A stretch of DNA of 64,000 nt from Candidatus Thorarchaeota archaeon (GTDB lineage: Archaea; Asgardarchaeota; Thorarchaeia; Thorarchaeales; Thorarchaeaceae): positions 1 to 64,000 of the forward strand of contig SDNP01000002.1 in NCBI GenBank assembly GCA_004524445.1, written 5' to 3'. Under the pieces are notes generated by a model. It did not search any database. It was given only the letters and a program-made list of their open reading frames with translations, and had not been told where the DNA came from. Shown piece after piece: positions 37,370 through 47,540 of the stretch (its first letter is position 1; the number at the start of each line of letters is the position of its first letter). A program made the translations under genes and the position numbers.

Positions 37370-38359
37370 CTAGGTCCTCCAATTGATTTCTTGTTCATCT
37401 GTCCGCCATTTCGGAATTACAACAGATTCCTCAATCGCTGTCTGATTGCCGTGCTCATATTGAAGAATTCCAGTCCAAGCAATCATCGCCCCCTGATCCC
37501 CAGCTAGTGAGGGAGATACTCTATGATATCTACTACTGTGTCTTTTTGCTAAACCGGCCAGCATCTGTGATAAACGTTCATTTCGTGCAACGCCCCCTGT
37601 CAGAAGTAGTTCCTTCTTTCCGGTATGTGCAATAGCCCGCTCTGCTACTTCAGCAATCATCCCAAATCCAGTTTCTTGAATACTATAACACAAGTCGGGT
37701 AGTGGCGTTCCTTCATCATGCAGCCGTTGTGCTGCAGTTAGCATTCCGGAGTAACTGAAATCCATCCCTTTTACTGAGTAGGGTAATGTATGATATTCAC
37801 TGCCTTGTCTTGCCTCAATTTCAATCCGAGGGCCTGCGGGAAATGGCATGCCCACATATCGCCCGAACGTATCAAGCATGTTCCCGATAGCAATATCCAA
37901 TGTTTCTCCGAATGTCCGGTACCGCTTCCCAGCATAAGCGATAATTTGTGAATTGCCACCGGATACGTATACTGTGACTGGGTCAATGAAATTGGATTCC
38001 ATTCGACCAATCTCAATATGAGCAATACAGTGATTGACGCCTACCAATGGCACGGATAAGGTCAGTGCCAATGCCCGAGCAATTGTAGCTGTTGTTCGTA
38101 GGCAAGGACCCAAACCCGGCCCTTGTGAAAAAGCAACCAGGTCAATGTCTTCTGGGCTAATTCCGGCCTGCGTGATGGCATTGCTGATGAGTTCCGGTCC
38201 CACTTGAGCATGGTGCTGACTTGCTTCCCTTGGGTGAATTCCCCCACTGTCTGGTTGCAACATGTCCCACAGGTTGGAGTGAACTGTGCCATCATTTGTT
38301 ACTAAAGCCGCACCAAAGGAGTGAGCTGTTCCTTCAATTCCAAGACAGGTAAGTGTCAT
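37370..38359 (-). CDS. kae1: KEOPS t6A synthase Kae1
   Basis: LGIEGTAH, GGIHPREA..HH, FSQGPGLGPCL, VNHCIAHIEIG, YVSGGNSQ, GETLDIA.GN, GGVA.N, DQG.MIA. Confidence 0.97.
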   Translation of the reverse strand: MTLTCLGIEGTAHSFGAALVTNDGTVHSNLWDMLQPDSGGIHPREASQHHAQVGPELISNAITQAGISPEDIDLVAFSQGPGLGPCLRTTATIARALALTLSVPLVGVNHCIAHIEIGRMESNFIDPVTVYVSGGNSQIIAYAGKRYRTFGETLDIAIGNMLDTFGRYVGMPFPAGPRIEIEARQGSEYHTLPYSVKGMDFSYSGMLTAAQRLHDEGTPLPDLCYSIQETGFGMIAEVAERAIAHTGKKELLLTGGVARNERLSQMLAGLAKRHSSRYHRVSPSLAGDQGAMIAWTGILQYEHGNQTAIEESVVIPKWRTDEQEINWRT

Positions 38360-38471
38360 ATTTTATACCATCCCTCATGTAGCATTATTGTTGGCTGTGA
38401 TTCTTTCACTGGGTCTTTGTAGCAAAGGCTTTATAATACACTCAACGGGGCATTTCGAAGAGGATACATAA

Positions 38472-38717
38472 ATGTCGGATGAGAAAAACCCAATAAAGGC
38501 ATTGGAGCAGCATCTTGGCAATGTCGTATCAATCAAGCTGAAGGATGAGAGAATATTCAGGGGACGCCTAACAAGATGTGATGTGTACATGAATCTGACG
38601 ATGGCTGACGCAGAGGAGCTGGACTACGACGAAGAGGGTTCAACACAAGTGAAAGCTAAGTATGGTGAGATTCTACTTAGAGGCAATAATATCCTCTGGA
38701 TTCAGATATCAGAATGA
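38472..38717 (+). CDS. Sm-like (Lsm/SmAP) protein
   Basis: V.IKLK....RG.L...D.YMNL...DAEE...G..LLRGNNI. Confidence 0.94.
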   Translation: MSDEKNPIKALEQHLGNVVSIKLKDERIFRGRLTRCDVYMNLTMADAEELDYDEEGSTQVKAKYGEILLRGNNILWIQISE

Positions 38718-38718
38718 A

Positions 38719-40737
38719 TTATCTTTCGATGTCACGTCTGTATTTTTCCACCATTTCAACAAGCTGATCTTCACTTCTTTGTCTCGCCTTTTCTCTAGCT
38801 TCCATCATGAATTTCCTCATTTGCTTCTCGAATTTCTTCTGATTTATGAATGCAAATTCATCAATACGCTGAAGTTCGACTTCTGTTGCCTCTATCACGG
38901 GAATGGTTGCATCAACTAATTCATTCACTGCGAGATGTGATAATGGAGTGTCTGTTACTACGGCAGCCACTCCTCTATCGATTAACATTGAGGCAGTTTG
39001 AGGACCGCCTCCCGATGCGTCTTCGAATAGAATGATGTCGTTCGATTTTATGCCAACATTATTCTCATATTCTAGAATACATTCCTTAGTGAAGTGTGGA
39101 ATGGTTTTAATGGCGAGCATATCCCCTCGCATCTCAAGCCTTTTTACGCCAATCAAGCGGTCTAATCGTTCTTCTAGCGATTTGATGGTTCGTCTTAGTT
39201 TCCGGTTATCCCGTCTAATATGTTTTATAGCAGACTCTTTCCTCGCAAGTTCTCTATCCCTCTTAACACGCCAATAATTGTCTTGATTCACTATTTCCAA
39301 GCTGTGTTCCAATTCAGTTTGCCTGAATTTGTGATATTCGACCAGTCGATTCAAATCGTCGATTTTCTCCTCCAGAACATCCTTTTCATGTTCTAATGAT
39401 TCTATTATAGTTCTTAGCCGGTCCAGTTGTTCGCGTGTCACGGGTTCTTCTTTGGGCATTTCTGCTGGAGGGGGTTCGACAACTTTCGCTTCCTTGCGAG
39501 TAAGACTGGCTATTGCTTCACTCATAGGCATTCCTTTGATCACTAGAGCTTTCAGATGATTCCTATTGAGAGGAAGGCTTTCTTCACGTACTCGTTTGTC
39601 GATTTGATCTAGTTTGGGTTGTTGGTTACGCAATGCGTATACAGCGGCTGTCAATGCATCCCTTTCGTGAGCATTTCGAATCTTATAGTCGTCTGAGTAT
39701 TCACGTGCAATTTCGTTCTTTTCTGCAACGGGAATCTCCTTGCTGGGAGTGAATACCTCAGCCTTGATTGAACTGGCAAGCTTATCAACAAAATGAGGGG
39801 TATTCGGAACGTCTGACGCCACCAAAACTGGCATTCCTTGCCGATAGACTCTCCTGATTATTTCTGCCCGCGTAAGGCCCTTCTTGCTAACGAGTTTGTG
39901 AATCTTTCCAGTGAGTGTCAAGAGACAAATGGCTGCAGTGGTACCAGGGTCAACCCCTAAGACAAAGTATTTGGGAGTGAAATCTTTCGGGACGGGTTGA
40001 GGTTCTAGAGGGATGAACTCGGTTCTCTTACGGACCGGACTTATTTGTACATTAAAGTCGCCCCCACGCTTGGAGCTGACAAGCTTACGGATGACTGGTA
40101 TGGGTGAATAGGCGATAATTCTAGCACTAGAGTATCCAAAATCTGATTCGCGTATATCACGTTCGTATTCGATTTCTTCTTCTTTTAGTCTGCTCTGAAT
40201 TTCTCGTGTCATTTGCTGGATACGAGAATGCATTCTTCTGCGATATCTATTGGTACTCTGCCCCCCTCTACCAACTTTTCTACCACGGGTGATTTTGATT
40301 TCTGTTTCTCCGCTAAAACATTCTAATCTATGTCCTACACCCAATGAAGTCAATTCAGCGGCAATTCTTGCAGATTCTAGTGGACTAGGTTTTCCCCGTA
40401 CATCTATGTGGTGATTTTTCGCCAAACGTTTTAGGGAAACCTGGTGAGGAGGAGCTCCAGTTACTTGAACAATTCTGGTTTCTGACGGGAGGCGCTTAAC
40501 GAATTGATAAAGCGACTTGCTGTCAGGTACGATTTCAAAGATGTTATCTGTGCTGACCCAGGTGGGCTCTATTTCCCGAATCAAACGTATTAGGGAAGAA
40601 CGGCTTATCTGAGGGTATTCATTCAAAACAGCTCCATCTCGAAATACAACACATGCAAATTGAGCCATAGACTTGGACCTTGGGCTTCGGGAGGGGAGGA
40701 TATCGAAACCAACGATAAGGTCGCCGTTTTTATCCAT
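38719..40737 (-). CDS. DUF460 protein (COG2433, RNase H-fold nuclease-like + coiled coil)
   Basis: G.DI...S, .TDNI.E, VQVTG, GRGG.S..RY.R, LGVDPGTT.A, ASDV, N.HERDAL.AA, D.SGGG. Confidence 0.9.
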   Translation of the reverse strand: MDKNGDLIVGFDILPSRSPRSKSMAQFACVVFRDGAVLNEYPQISRSSLIRLIREIEPTWVSTDNIFEIVPDSKSLYQFVKRLPSETRIVQVTGAPPHQVSLKRLAKNHHIDVRGKPSPLESARIAAELTSLGVGHRLECFSGETEIKITRGRKVGRGGQSTNRYRRRMHSRIQQMTREIQSRLKEEEIEYERDIRESDFGYSSARIIAYSPIPVIRKLVSSKRGGDFNVQISPVRKRTEFIPLEPQPVPKDFTPKYFVLGVDPGTTAAICLLTLTGKIHKLVSKKGLTRAEIIRRVYRQGMPVLVASDVPNTPHFVDKLASSIKAEVFTPSKEIPVAEKNEIAREYSDDYKIRNAHERDALTAAVYALRNQQPKLDQIDKRVREESLPLNRNHLKALVIKGMPMSEAIASLTRKEAKVVEPPPAEMPKEEPVTREQLDRLRTIIESLEHEKDVLEEKIDDLNRLVEYHKFRQTELEHSLEIVNQDNYWRVKRDRELARKESAIKHIRRDNRKLRRTIKSLEERLDRLIGVKRLEMRGDMLAIKTIPHFTKECILEYENNVGIKSNDIILFEDASGGGPQTASMLIDRGVAAVVTDTPLSHLAVNELVDATIPVIEATEVELQRIDEFAFINQKKFEKQMRKFMMEAREKARQRSEDQLVEMVEKYRRDIER

Positions 40738-40927
40738 TTGTTTGCCACTCGTTACCGAGTTTTTTGGTAAGGCTATAAGGATTCACATGTAGAATTAGAG
40801 AAATTTATGCATTCGAACAACACAGAACGTACAGTTTTGTCAAAGATTTCTTTATTTGTAGAGAGATTGGGCCATTGTAAGATAAAGAGTGTTGACTCAG
40901 AGCAACCACATAGTGGAACGACCATAT

Positions 40928-41518
40928 TTAGCTGGACACTAGATAAGCATGCCATCTCTTGATTCTGCGCAATATGTTTTCACGTTCATCAGGATTGATT
41001 GGTTTTGTGCCTCTAGCTCGTAGAAATTTCAAAACTATGTCCATATCTTGAGATACTTTATTATTCGGTTTTTGAGGGGTGATCAACTCATCCTTGGCAG
41101 ATTGTACATATTCTGCCACCACTTCTGCTGGGCTATTTGCATTTTCCACCTCAAAAGCTATTGGATCCAGTACTCTCGATACACGAGCTTCATTCAGATT
41201 GGTTTCTCCGACTGCCTTCTCGGATTCTGATTCCACCGACTCAGAAAATGATGATTCGGTTTTTGCATGGTCGGAAGACGGTTGTTTTGATTCACTAGCG
41301 GCTGGCTTAGTGACGGGGTCGTATGGTTGAGCAGTCCCTTTTTTGGCTTTCACTTCGGAAAAAATAGCCGAATTTTCTTCGTCGGATAGAGGAATGCCTC
41401 CCAAATGGGATCGAAGCTCGTTCATGATATCATAAAGCTCAACTAGATTCGACTGCATGGCATCTATCAGCCTGTTTACCTTCTTCCGCGTTTCATCTGA
41501 CAGCGAAAACATCTCCAC
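40928..41518 (-). CDS. Hypothetical protein (helical N-domain, S/E/K-rich linker, helical C-domain)
   Basis: 196-aa ORF co-directional with herA; no recognised motif. Confidence 0.7.
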   Translation of the reverse strand: MEMFSLSDETRKKVNRLIDAMQSNLVELYDIMNELRSHLGGIPLSDEENSAIFSEVKAKKGTAQPYDPVTKPAASESKQPSSDHAKTESSFSESVESESEKAVGETNLNEARVSRVLDPIAFEVENANSPAEVVAEYVQSAKDELITPQKPNNKVSQDMDIVLKFLRARGTKPINPDERENILRRIKRWHAYLVSS

Positions 41519-41583
41519 GATTTATTGGTATGCAGATAAGGAAGATTTGCATATCAGAATTATGTAGTGGTACATGATTATTA

Positions 41584-43095
41584 TCATGATTTATCTGCCC
41601 TTCTAATGGCATCGGACAATGTGGTTTCTGTTCCACTAGGATTGAATTTCCTTTTTCGGATATTAACAAAAGTTGGCACTGTTACTGAGTTGCCAATGAA
41701 TAACGCCTCTCCGACATCCAGAGTTGTTATCGCATCCAAGGAGGCTCTATCAATGCCTTCACTTGAACGACCAATATGTTCAAGGTCATAGGGATTTGTA
41801 CATTTCAAAACTGCTTGATTGCTGCATTGACTCAAGACTGTTGTTGATAGCTTGACCGGTCTTTGTGAAATTAGACATAGAAGCGCAAAAAATTTTCTGC
41901 CTTCTCGCGCGATAGTTTCTATCTTGCTCTTTGGCAAGGCAAGTTCGTGTCGACTCTCAGGACAAAATTGGTGTGCCTCTTCCAGGACAAGGAGAAAAGG
42001 TGGGATCATGGATTGGCGACGTTTGTAAATTAAGTCACCAACGAGATAGGAAACTATAATTTGTTTCTTCTTAAGGCTGATGAAATCGCTGAGATCGACA
42101 ACCGTTATTTTGCCAGGTCTGACAATATTTGGAAGATATGGAACTCCTTCCTTCCCGAATAAATGAGTGTCTTCAAGATTGATTAACCAACCAATCAATG
42201 CTTCTTTGGTGTTCTTATTGATGGTTTGGTCGTTTCGAATCACATCTATTATCCCTCGGAGATTATAGCTATTTGATTCGTTGCTCATTATTGAGATTAT
42301 TCTCCGCAACTCGCGCCTTTGCACACTACTCATTTTTGCCACAAATGAAGCAATGGTATCAGCTGAAAGGGAGGACGCGGGGATTTGAATATGGGTTCCC
42401 CGAATGTGTTCAATCTCAAAAGCATCTTCTTCCAATCCCAAATCCTTTGCTGTGACGTGTTTAAGGTAGGAATATTCCCCATGAACATCTATGACGATGG
42501 TTGCCAAGCGACCTTCATCCCTCTTCCGAGAAAGTATTTCTTCGAGTAACACAGATACGAAATAGGATTTTCCCGCTCCGCTCATGGCCAATACTGCTAG
42601 ATGTTTAGATAGGAGAGAATCAACAGATGGACTAAAATTGATTGCATGGTGAACCAGTGTACCTAAATTTAACCCCTCATCTCCCTCAAGACCTAGAAAT
42701 CTGTGTAGAATGTCGTCATCTATGGTTCTGACAACTGCACCGGGTGAAACACTTGTAGTTGCACGCGCTGATTTTTCGTTAACCCAGAAACCAAGAACTT
42801 GCGCTTCTGCCACTGCATACTGCCAGCGGTCAGTAGGAAACACACTTCTGAGTGGTTCGCCTCTTAGTTGATATTCTCGAACAGCTTCAGCCTGCTGGAA
42901 GTATCGATTGGTCTGAATTATTTCACTTACACGGGCAATGACAATTCCTGATTGAAAAGGAACGGAAACGAATTGACCCCGACGTACAAGTGTATTTCCT
43001 GATTCTCCTTCAATTACAAAGGAAAAGCCCCTGACGTTAGGAGATTCATTTCTGCAAACGACTGTTCCTAATCTCTTTGGATTCTCATGATTCAT
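41584..43095 (-). CDS. herA: HerA helicase/ATPase
   Basis: N-terminal HAS barrel (GQFV, N.YF), HLAVLAMSGAGKSY, IDVHGEY, LEEAHQF.P, IAREGRKF, ISQRP..L...VLSQC. Confidence 0.93.
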   Translation of the reverse strand: MNHENPKRLGTVVCRNESPNVRGFSFVIEGESGNTLVRRGQFVSVPFQSGIVIARVSEIIQTNRYFQQAEAVREYQLRGEPLRSVFPTDRWQYAVAEAQVLGFWVNEKSARATTSVSPGAVVRTIDDDILHRFLGLEGDEGLNLGTLVHHAINFSPSVDSLLSKHLAVLAMSGAGKSYFVSVLLEEILSRKRDEGRLATIVIDVHGEYSYLKHVTAKDLGLEEDAFEIEHIRGTHIQIPASSLSADTIASFVAKMSSVQRRELRRIISIMSNESNSYNLRGIIDVIRNDQTINKNTKEALIGWLINLEDTHLFGKEGVPYLPNIVRPGKITVVDLSDFISLKKKQIIVSYLVGDLIYKRRQSMIPPFLLVLEEAHQFCPESRHELALPKSKIETIAREGRKFFALLCLISQRPVKLSTTVLSQCSNQAVLKCTNPYDLEHIGRSSEGIDRASLDAITTLDVGEALFIGNSVTVPTFVNIRKRKFNPSGTETTLSDAIRRADKS

Positions 43096-43098
43096 GAA

Positions 43099-44253
43099 TT
43101 AGCCTCCAAATGGGTTTCGAGATCTTCTCCGTTCAAGGGTTGCATAAGCTAAGCCACTCAATGCCATCAACCTATCAACAATCATTTCGGCTTCGTTTCT
43201 GCCAATGCGTGCCCGGGTATCGGCTTCAACAATTGGCGTGGGCATACCGTATTCCTGATGGAGTGAAGATAGGGGCAAAATTGCAGCCAGTGCCTTATCC
43301 ACAACAGCTGTAGCTTCATCCGAGCGGGTTAGTACTTCGAAACGGACGGGTAGATCATTTGATACAGTCTTGAGATATGTTACCATAATTGATGACGTCC
43401 ACTTGGATAGCGATTTTTCCACCATGAAATTATTGGACTCGGCAGAATGACGAAATATACAGGACCGCTCCCCAGCTTTTAGAAATGAACCTAAAAGGTC
43501 ACAGTCTCTTAATATATTCAAGAGCCAACGATAATCAATATCTTTCATTTTTTCAAAGCTCTGTGGTTTGCGAAGAATATGAGGCAATACCTGTCCCAGC
43601 ATTGTAGCAAACTTTCTTGAACGGCTATCCTTTACAACACCAACTAGTGTTGTCTTGCCCTTTGATACTTTATTATAGATTTGTTTGTATAGGGCCAGAA
43701 CCTCCTGAAATTTTTCATTCGCAAGAGTTTCTTTAGAGGGCCTATCATGAGGATGAAAGAGAAGACTCCCATCTAGCAAGACGATGTCAGTATGATATTC
43801 ATCTATTATGCCAATAGTGGTCGTTAATTCGGATAATAACCGCTCCAGAGAAGCGATCTGGTCTACTTCGTTTGAAGAAAGTGTTGCAATTATTGGCTTA
43901 ATAACTGGATTTGGAAATGGTGAAGGGTAAAATTCGACCGCGGGACTATCTTCAGCTTGAAAAGAAAACACAACACCGACAGCCCGTTTCATTATCAAAT
44001 CAAGCGATTGGTATCGTTTTTTGACAAGCCCACCATCAACAGCAGCAATTCTCAGACCGGAAAGATTTGTCGGGGAAACAGTAGAAACTAGGCTTGATTC
44101 AAGAAAGTCAGATGCCAGCGCAGGAAACTTGCCCAGATTAATTGCTGGTAGAAGATGTCTTATCGCGTGAGCAAATCCGCTCTTCGTGTTTTCAATATGT
44201 GAAATCTGCTGTACCAGAGTCCTGAGAGCTTCATCAATATCTGATTCCACCAT
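43099..44253 (-). CDS. nurA: NurA 5'-3' nuclease
   Basis: AAVDGG, LLDGSL, GVVKDS, D..L, GERS, G.P.P..EAD..ARI; 3 bp upstream of herA. Confidence 0.9.
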   Translation of the reverse strand: MVESDIDEALRTLVQQISHIENTKSGFAHAIRHLLPAINLGKFPALASDFLESSLVSTVSPTNLSGLRIAAVDGGLVKKRYQSLDLIMKRAVGVVFSFQAEDSPAVEFYPSPFPNPVIKPIIATLSSNEVDQIASLERLLSELTTTIGIIDEYHTDIVLLDGSLLFHPHDRPSKETLANEKFQEVLALYKQIYNKVSKGKTTLVGVVKDSRSRKFATMLGQVLPHILRKPQSFEKMKDIDYRWLLNILRDCDLLGSFLKAGERSCIFRHSAESNNFMVEKSLSKWTSSIMVTYLKTVSNDLPVRFEVLTRSDEATAVVDKALAAILPLSSLHQEYGMPTPIVEADTRARIGRNEAEMIVDRLMALSGLAYATLERRRSRNPFGG

Positions 44254-44255
44254 GG

Positions 44256-45923
44256 TTATCTCTTCTTGTATTCTTGTGCAGCCCTTATTAACCCAAGATA
44301 AAGAGGATGAGGATTTCCGGGTTGTGATCGAAATTCAGGATGATACTGAACTCCAATCCAAAATGGATGGTTTTCAAGTTCTATTGCATTTATGATTTTA
44401 CCACTAGTATCATAAGCGGAGATACTCATACCTTCATTTTTCATTCGACTAATGTATCTATCAATCAAATGGTATCTATGTCTAAAACGCTCTCTTGTAT
44501 TCATTTTTCCGTAGATTGTGTGAAGTTTAGTCCCTTCCACAATTTCTACCTCATGCCCCCCCAATCGCATAGTACCACCTTTCTCTTCGGTGCTTTTCTG
44601 CTCATCCATCAAATCTACCACAGGATATAGGCTGTTTTTGTCTACCTCTGTGGTATGGGCCCCTTTCCATCCCATCACATACCTTGCAAATGCAATACTC
44701 CCAAGCTGCGCTCCATAGCAAATCCCTAAAAAGGGGATTTTAGACTGAATTGAAACTGCTGCAGCATTTATCATCCCTTCAACCCCTCGTTCTCCAAAGC
44801 CGGGAGTAAGCAATATTCCATCTACATCCGAGAGGTCATTTTTCAGGCACTCAACATCGCAACGCTCTTCTGTTTCAATCCATTTGATATTAACATCCAC
44901 ACTGCGCTTGGCCCCTGCGTGAGCAAATGCTTCGTTTATGCTCTTGTACGAATCGCTGAGCATTGTGTATTTTCCCGGCATGGCAATAGTGATTTCATCA
45001 TCAAGCTGTTCAAAGGAGCTTACCACTCTTTTCCAAGAGTTAGTATCCGGATTCCGTGGGTCTAGACCAAGATGGTTAGTGACTATTTTTCCCAGTTGTT
45101 GCTCCTCAAATGATAATGGAAGCTGGTATATTATCGGAATATCGGGATTTGAGATTACATGCTCTTCAGGAATATTGCAGAAAAGGGCAATTTTGCCTTC
45201 AGCTGAAGATGTTAGTTCCTTTTGAGCTCGACATACAATGATATCGGGTTGGAGACCCAAGCCCTGCATTGTACGAACGCTATGTTGAGTAGGTTTTGTC
45301 TTGAATTCTCCCACAGAGGGCAGATAAGGGACCAGAGTCACATGTACAAAAGCGACCTTGTCCTTTCCCACTTCTCTGGCTAGCTGGCGAATAGCCTCAA
45401 GAAAGGGCATAGCCTCTATGTCGCCAACAGTCCCGCCGATTTCAACTAGCAGGATGTCTGGCGTTGGTTCTTGGTGTGCAACTTCCCATACTCTCTCCTT
45501 GATTCGATTTGTGACATGAGGGATGATTTGGACTGTCTTTCCAAGAAAAGTGCCTTTGCGTTCACCAAGAATAACAGAGATGTAAATCTGTCCCGATGTG
45601 ATGTTTTGTGAGGGGTGAACTTCAATCCCTGTAAATCGTTCATAGGTTCCAAAGTCCAAGTCTATTTCAGAGATTGTAAACTCAAAATCAGGAACTGGTC
45701 TAAAGGTCCATGGTTTGTCAGTAACAAAGACTTCACCATGCTCAATTGGGTTCAGAGTCCCAGGGTCTATATTGAGATAGGGGTCAATTTTTACTATACG
45801 AACAGAATATCCGCGGAACTGAAACAATTTTGCAATAGAGGCAGTTGTGACTCCTTTCCCAATTCCAGAAAGAACCCCACCAGTAACGAAGACAAATCGT
45901 GTATCATTATCTATAGATTTCAA
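44256..45923 (-). CDS. pyrG: CTP synthase
   Basis: [65 protein letters not shown]. Confidence 0.98.
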   Translation of the reverse strand: MKSIDNDTRFVFVTGGVLSGIGKGVTTASIAKLFQFRGYSVRIVKIDPYLNIDPGTLNPIEHGEVFVTDKPWTFRPVPDFEFTISEIDLDFGTYERFTGIEVHPSQNITSGQIYISVILGERKGTFLGKTVQIIPHVTNRIKERVWEVAHQEPTPDILLVEIGGTVGDIEAMPFLEAIRQLAREVGKDKVAFVHVTLVPYLPSVGEFKTKPTQHSVRTMQGLGLQPDIIVCRAQKELTSSAEGKIALFCNIPEEHVISNPDIPIIYQLPLSFEEQQLGKIVTNHLGLDPRNPDTNSWKRVVSSFEQLDDEITIAMPGKYTMLSDSYKSINEAFAHAGAKRSVDVNIKWIETEERCDVECLKNDLSDVDGILLTPGFGERGVEGMINAAAVSIQSKIPFLGICYGAQLGSIAFARYVMGWKGAHTTEVDKNSLYPVVDLMDEQKSTEEKGGTMRLGGHEVEIVEGTKLHTIYGKMNTRERFRHRYHLIDRYISRMKNEGMSISAYDTSGKIINAIELENHPFWIGVQYHPEFRSQPGNPHPLYLGLIRAAQEYKKR

Positions 45924-46025
45924 TTTTGGATAGCCTCTATGGTGCTACAATAACTTGTAGATAAATACTAATTTTGCACTTTTATCGCATCGTATAAAGT
46001 AATCGTTGGCGGGATGATTATGATG

Positions 46026-46613
46026 CTATGGAAAGGGTCTAACGAGAGCATTAGCCCTTAGTGCACCATGAAAGAGGATCTGAAATGCCTCCATTATTTT
46101 TTCCCCCCTAGTGGCTATGCTTTCTAAGACCGGGACTGAATCTGGTAGTTGAAGATATGAACGAAAGGTAGTTTCGTCGATGCTATCAGGCAAATCCTGC
46201 TTATTCAGACAGACAACTATCGGTATTGCTGAGTCTTCTTCATCCATCAAAGTGATGAGTTCGTTCCAGCTTGCTAAATTCTCATCTAACAGAATTCTTT
46301 GCGAGTCGGCTACAAATACAATTCCATCGGATCCTACTAAAACAACTTCTCGCGTAGAGCGATAGAAATCTTGTCCAGTTGCAGACCATATGTGAGCGTT
46401 AATTGTCCAACTACCCCCGAGAGAAAAGGGGATTGTCCCAAAGTCGCAGAACATCGTACGACCAACTGTGTTTTCTATTGATGTTAAGCGGTCAGCGAAA
46501 TTCAAACTTGAGAACAACCAACGTATTGATGTAGTCTTTCCACTCATGGCTGGACCGAAAAATACCAATTTTAATCCGACTGTTCGATTCCCATAATCTA
46601 CTATCATAAGCAA
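46026..46613 (-). CDS. MglA-like small GTPase
   Basis: KLVFFGPAMSGKTT (G1), GRTMFCDF (MglA RTLFFDF), SATGQ.FY (G3 without Asp), DGIVFVADS, NKQDL (G4), SIAT.G (G5). Confidence 0.9.
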   Translation of the reverse strand: MLMIVDYGNRTVGLKLVFFGPAMSGKTTSIRWLFSSLNFADRLTSIENTVGRTMFCDFGTIPFSLGGSWTINAHIWSATGQDFYRSTREVVLVGSDGIVFVADSQRILLDENLASWNELITLMDEEDSAIPIVVCLNKQDLPDSIDETTFRSYLQLPDSVPVLESIATRGEKIMEAFQILFHGALRANALVRPFP

Positions 46614-46619
46614 TACCTC

Positions 46620-47540
46620 CTAGCTACCCCACATACTGTCAACCCATGCGCCCAGTCCAGAAAGAGAACCTCCTTTAATGCAGTCTGAGAAGTCCTCATG
46701 CCATTCAGAGCGGATGAATTGTATCAATTCATTCAGCCCTCCGTAATCCAAACCAATTGCCTCGTAGAGGTTTCGCTCTGTCAAGACAGTTGATGCTCCC
46801 AGTTCTCTAGCAAGTCGAATCCGTGATAGCAATGTCACTGCTCTGCGTGCCGCATAGACAAAGCCCTTTATTTCCTCTTCAAAGATATCTTGTGTGATTT
46901 TCTCGGCCTCATCATCTAACTGTAGAACCGCCTTCATCATTCCCTTTGGAAGCTCCAGGCCTCTCAGTGATTTCCCAAGTAGCCTCTTTATACGCTCCAA
47001 TGCCTGTTTCTTTCTTGTAAGGATTATATCAACGATTCTTCTCTCTACCTCAAGTTGGCTGTTAGATGGCTTGAGCAAAGAGAAATGGATTCTGGAAGGA
47101 GATTCAACTCGAAGTGTACCTACATTGCGAATAGATGCCCCGACTTTTTCTTCTATTTCACCTAGTTGGTATTCAGTCATCGCATGTGCATAGGAATCCT
47201 GTCTAATACAAGCGGCCATAATCCAACTAGCAAAATTCTGAATTCTTTCCAGTGCCAGAGAAATGGTAGAAGATAGACAACATACTATCGTTCTGGCGAC
47301 TTCATGGTCGTGTTTTTCCGCTTCTATTACTGATCTTATCTCATCAGAAGAGGTGAATTCTCGCCAAAATACTAGCTTGTGACGGTGCGGACTAAGCCGT
47401 GTCAAACTCTCTGTCAAATCGTCAAGTATCTCGCTATCTCTCCCTACAACCAATATTGGGATTCTATTGAGTACTGAGTTAAGCAAGGAGGGGAATTGGT
47501 CACCCAACAGCTCAATTAGTTTCAAAATGGAGTAGGTCAT
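46620..47540 (-). CDS. Hypothetical protein, probable DENN/folliculin-C-like domain
   Basis: N-terminus LIELLGDQFPSLLNSVLNRIPILVVG..S.IL..L...L..L.P resembles the cDENN core; helical C-terminus; ATGA overlap with the roadblock gene. Confidence 0.55.
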   Translation of the reverse strand: MTYSILKLIELLGDQFPSLLNSVLNRIPILVVGRDSEILDDLTESLTRLSPHRHKLVFWREFTSSDEIRSVIEAEKHDHEVARTIVCCLSSTISLALERIQNFASWIMAACIRQDSYAHAMTEYQLGEIEEKVGASIRNVGTLRVESPSRIHFSLLKPSNSQLEVERRIVDIILTRKKQALERIKRLLGKSLRGLELPKGMMKAVLQLDDEAEKITQDIFEEEIKGFVYAARRAVTLLSRIRLARELGASTVLTERNLYEAIGLDYGGLNELIQFIRSEWHEDFSDCIKGGSLSGLGAWVDSMWGS

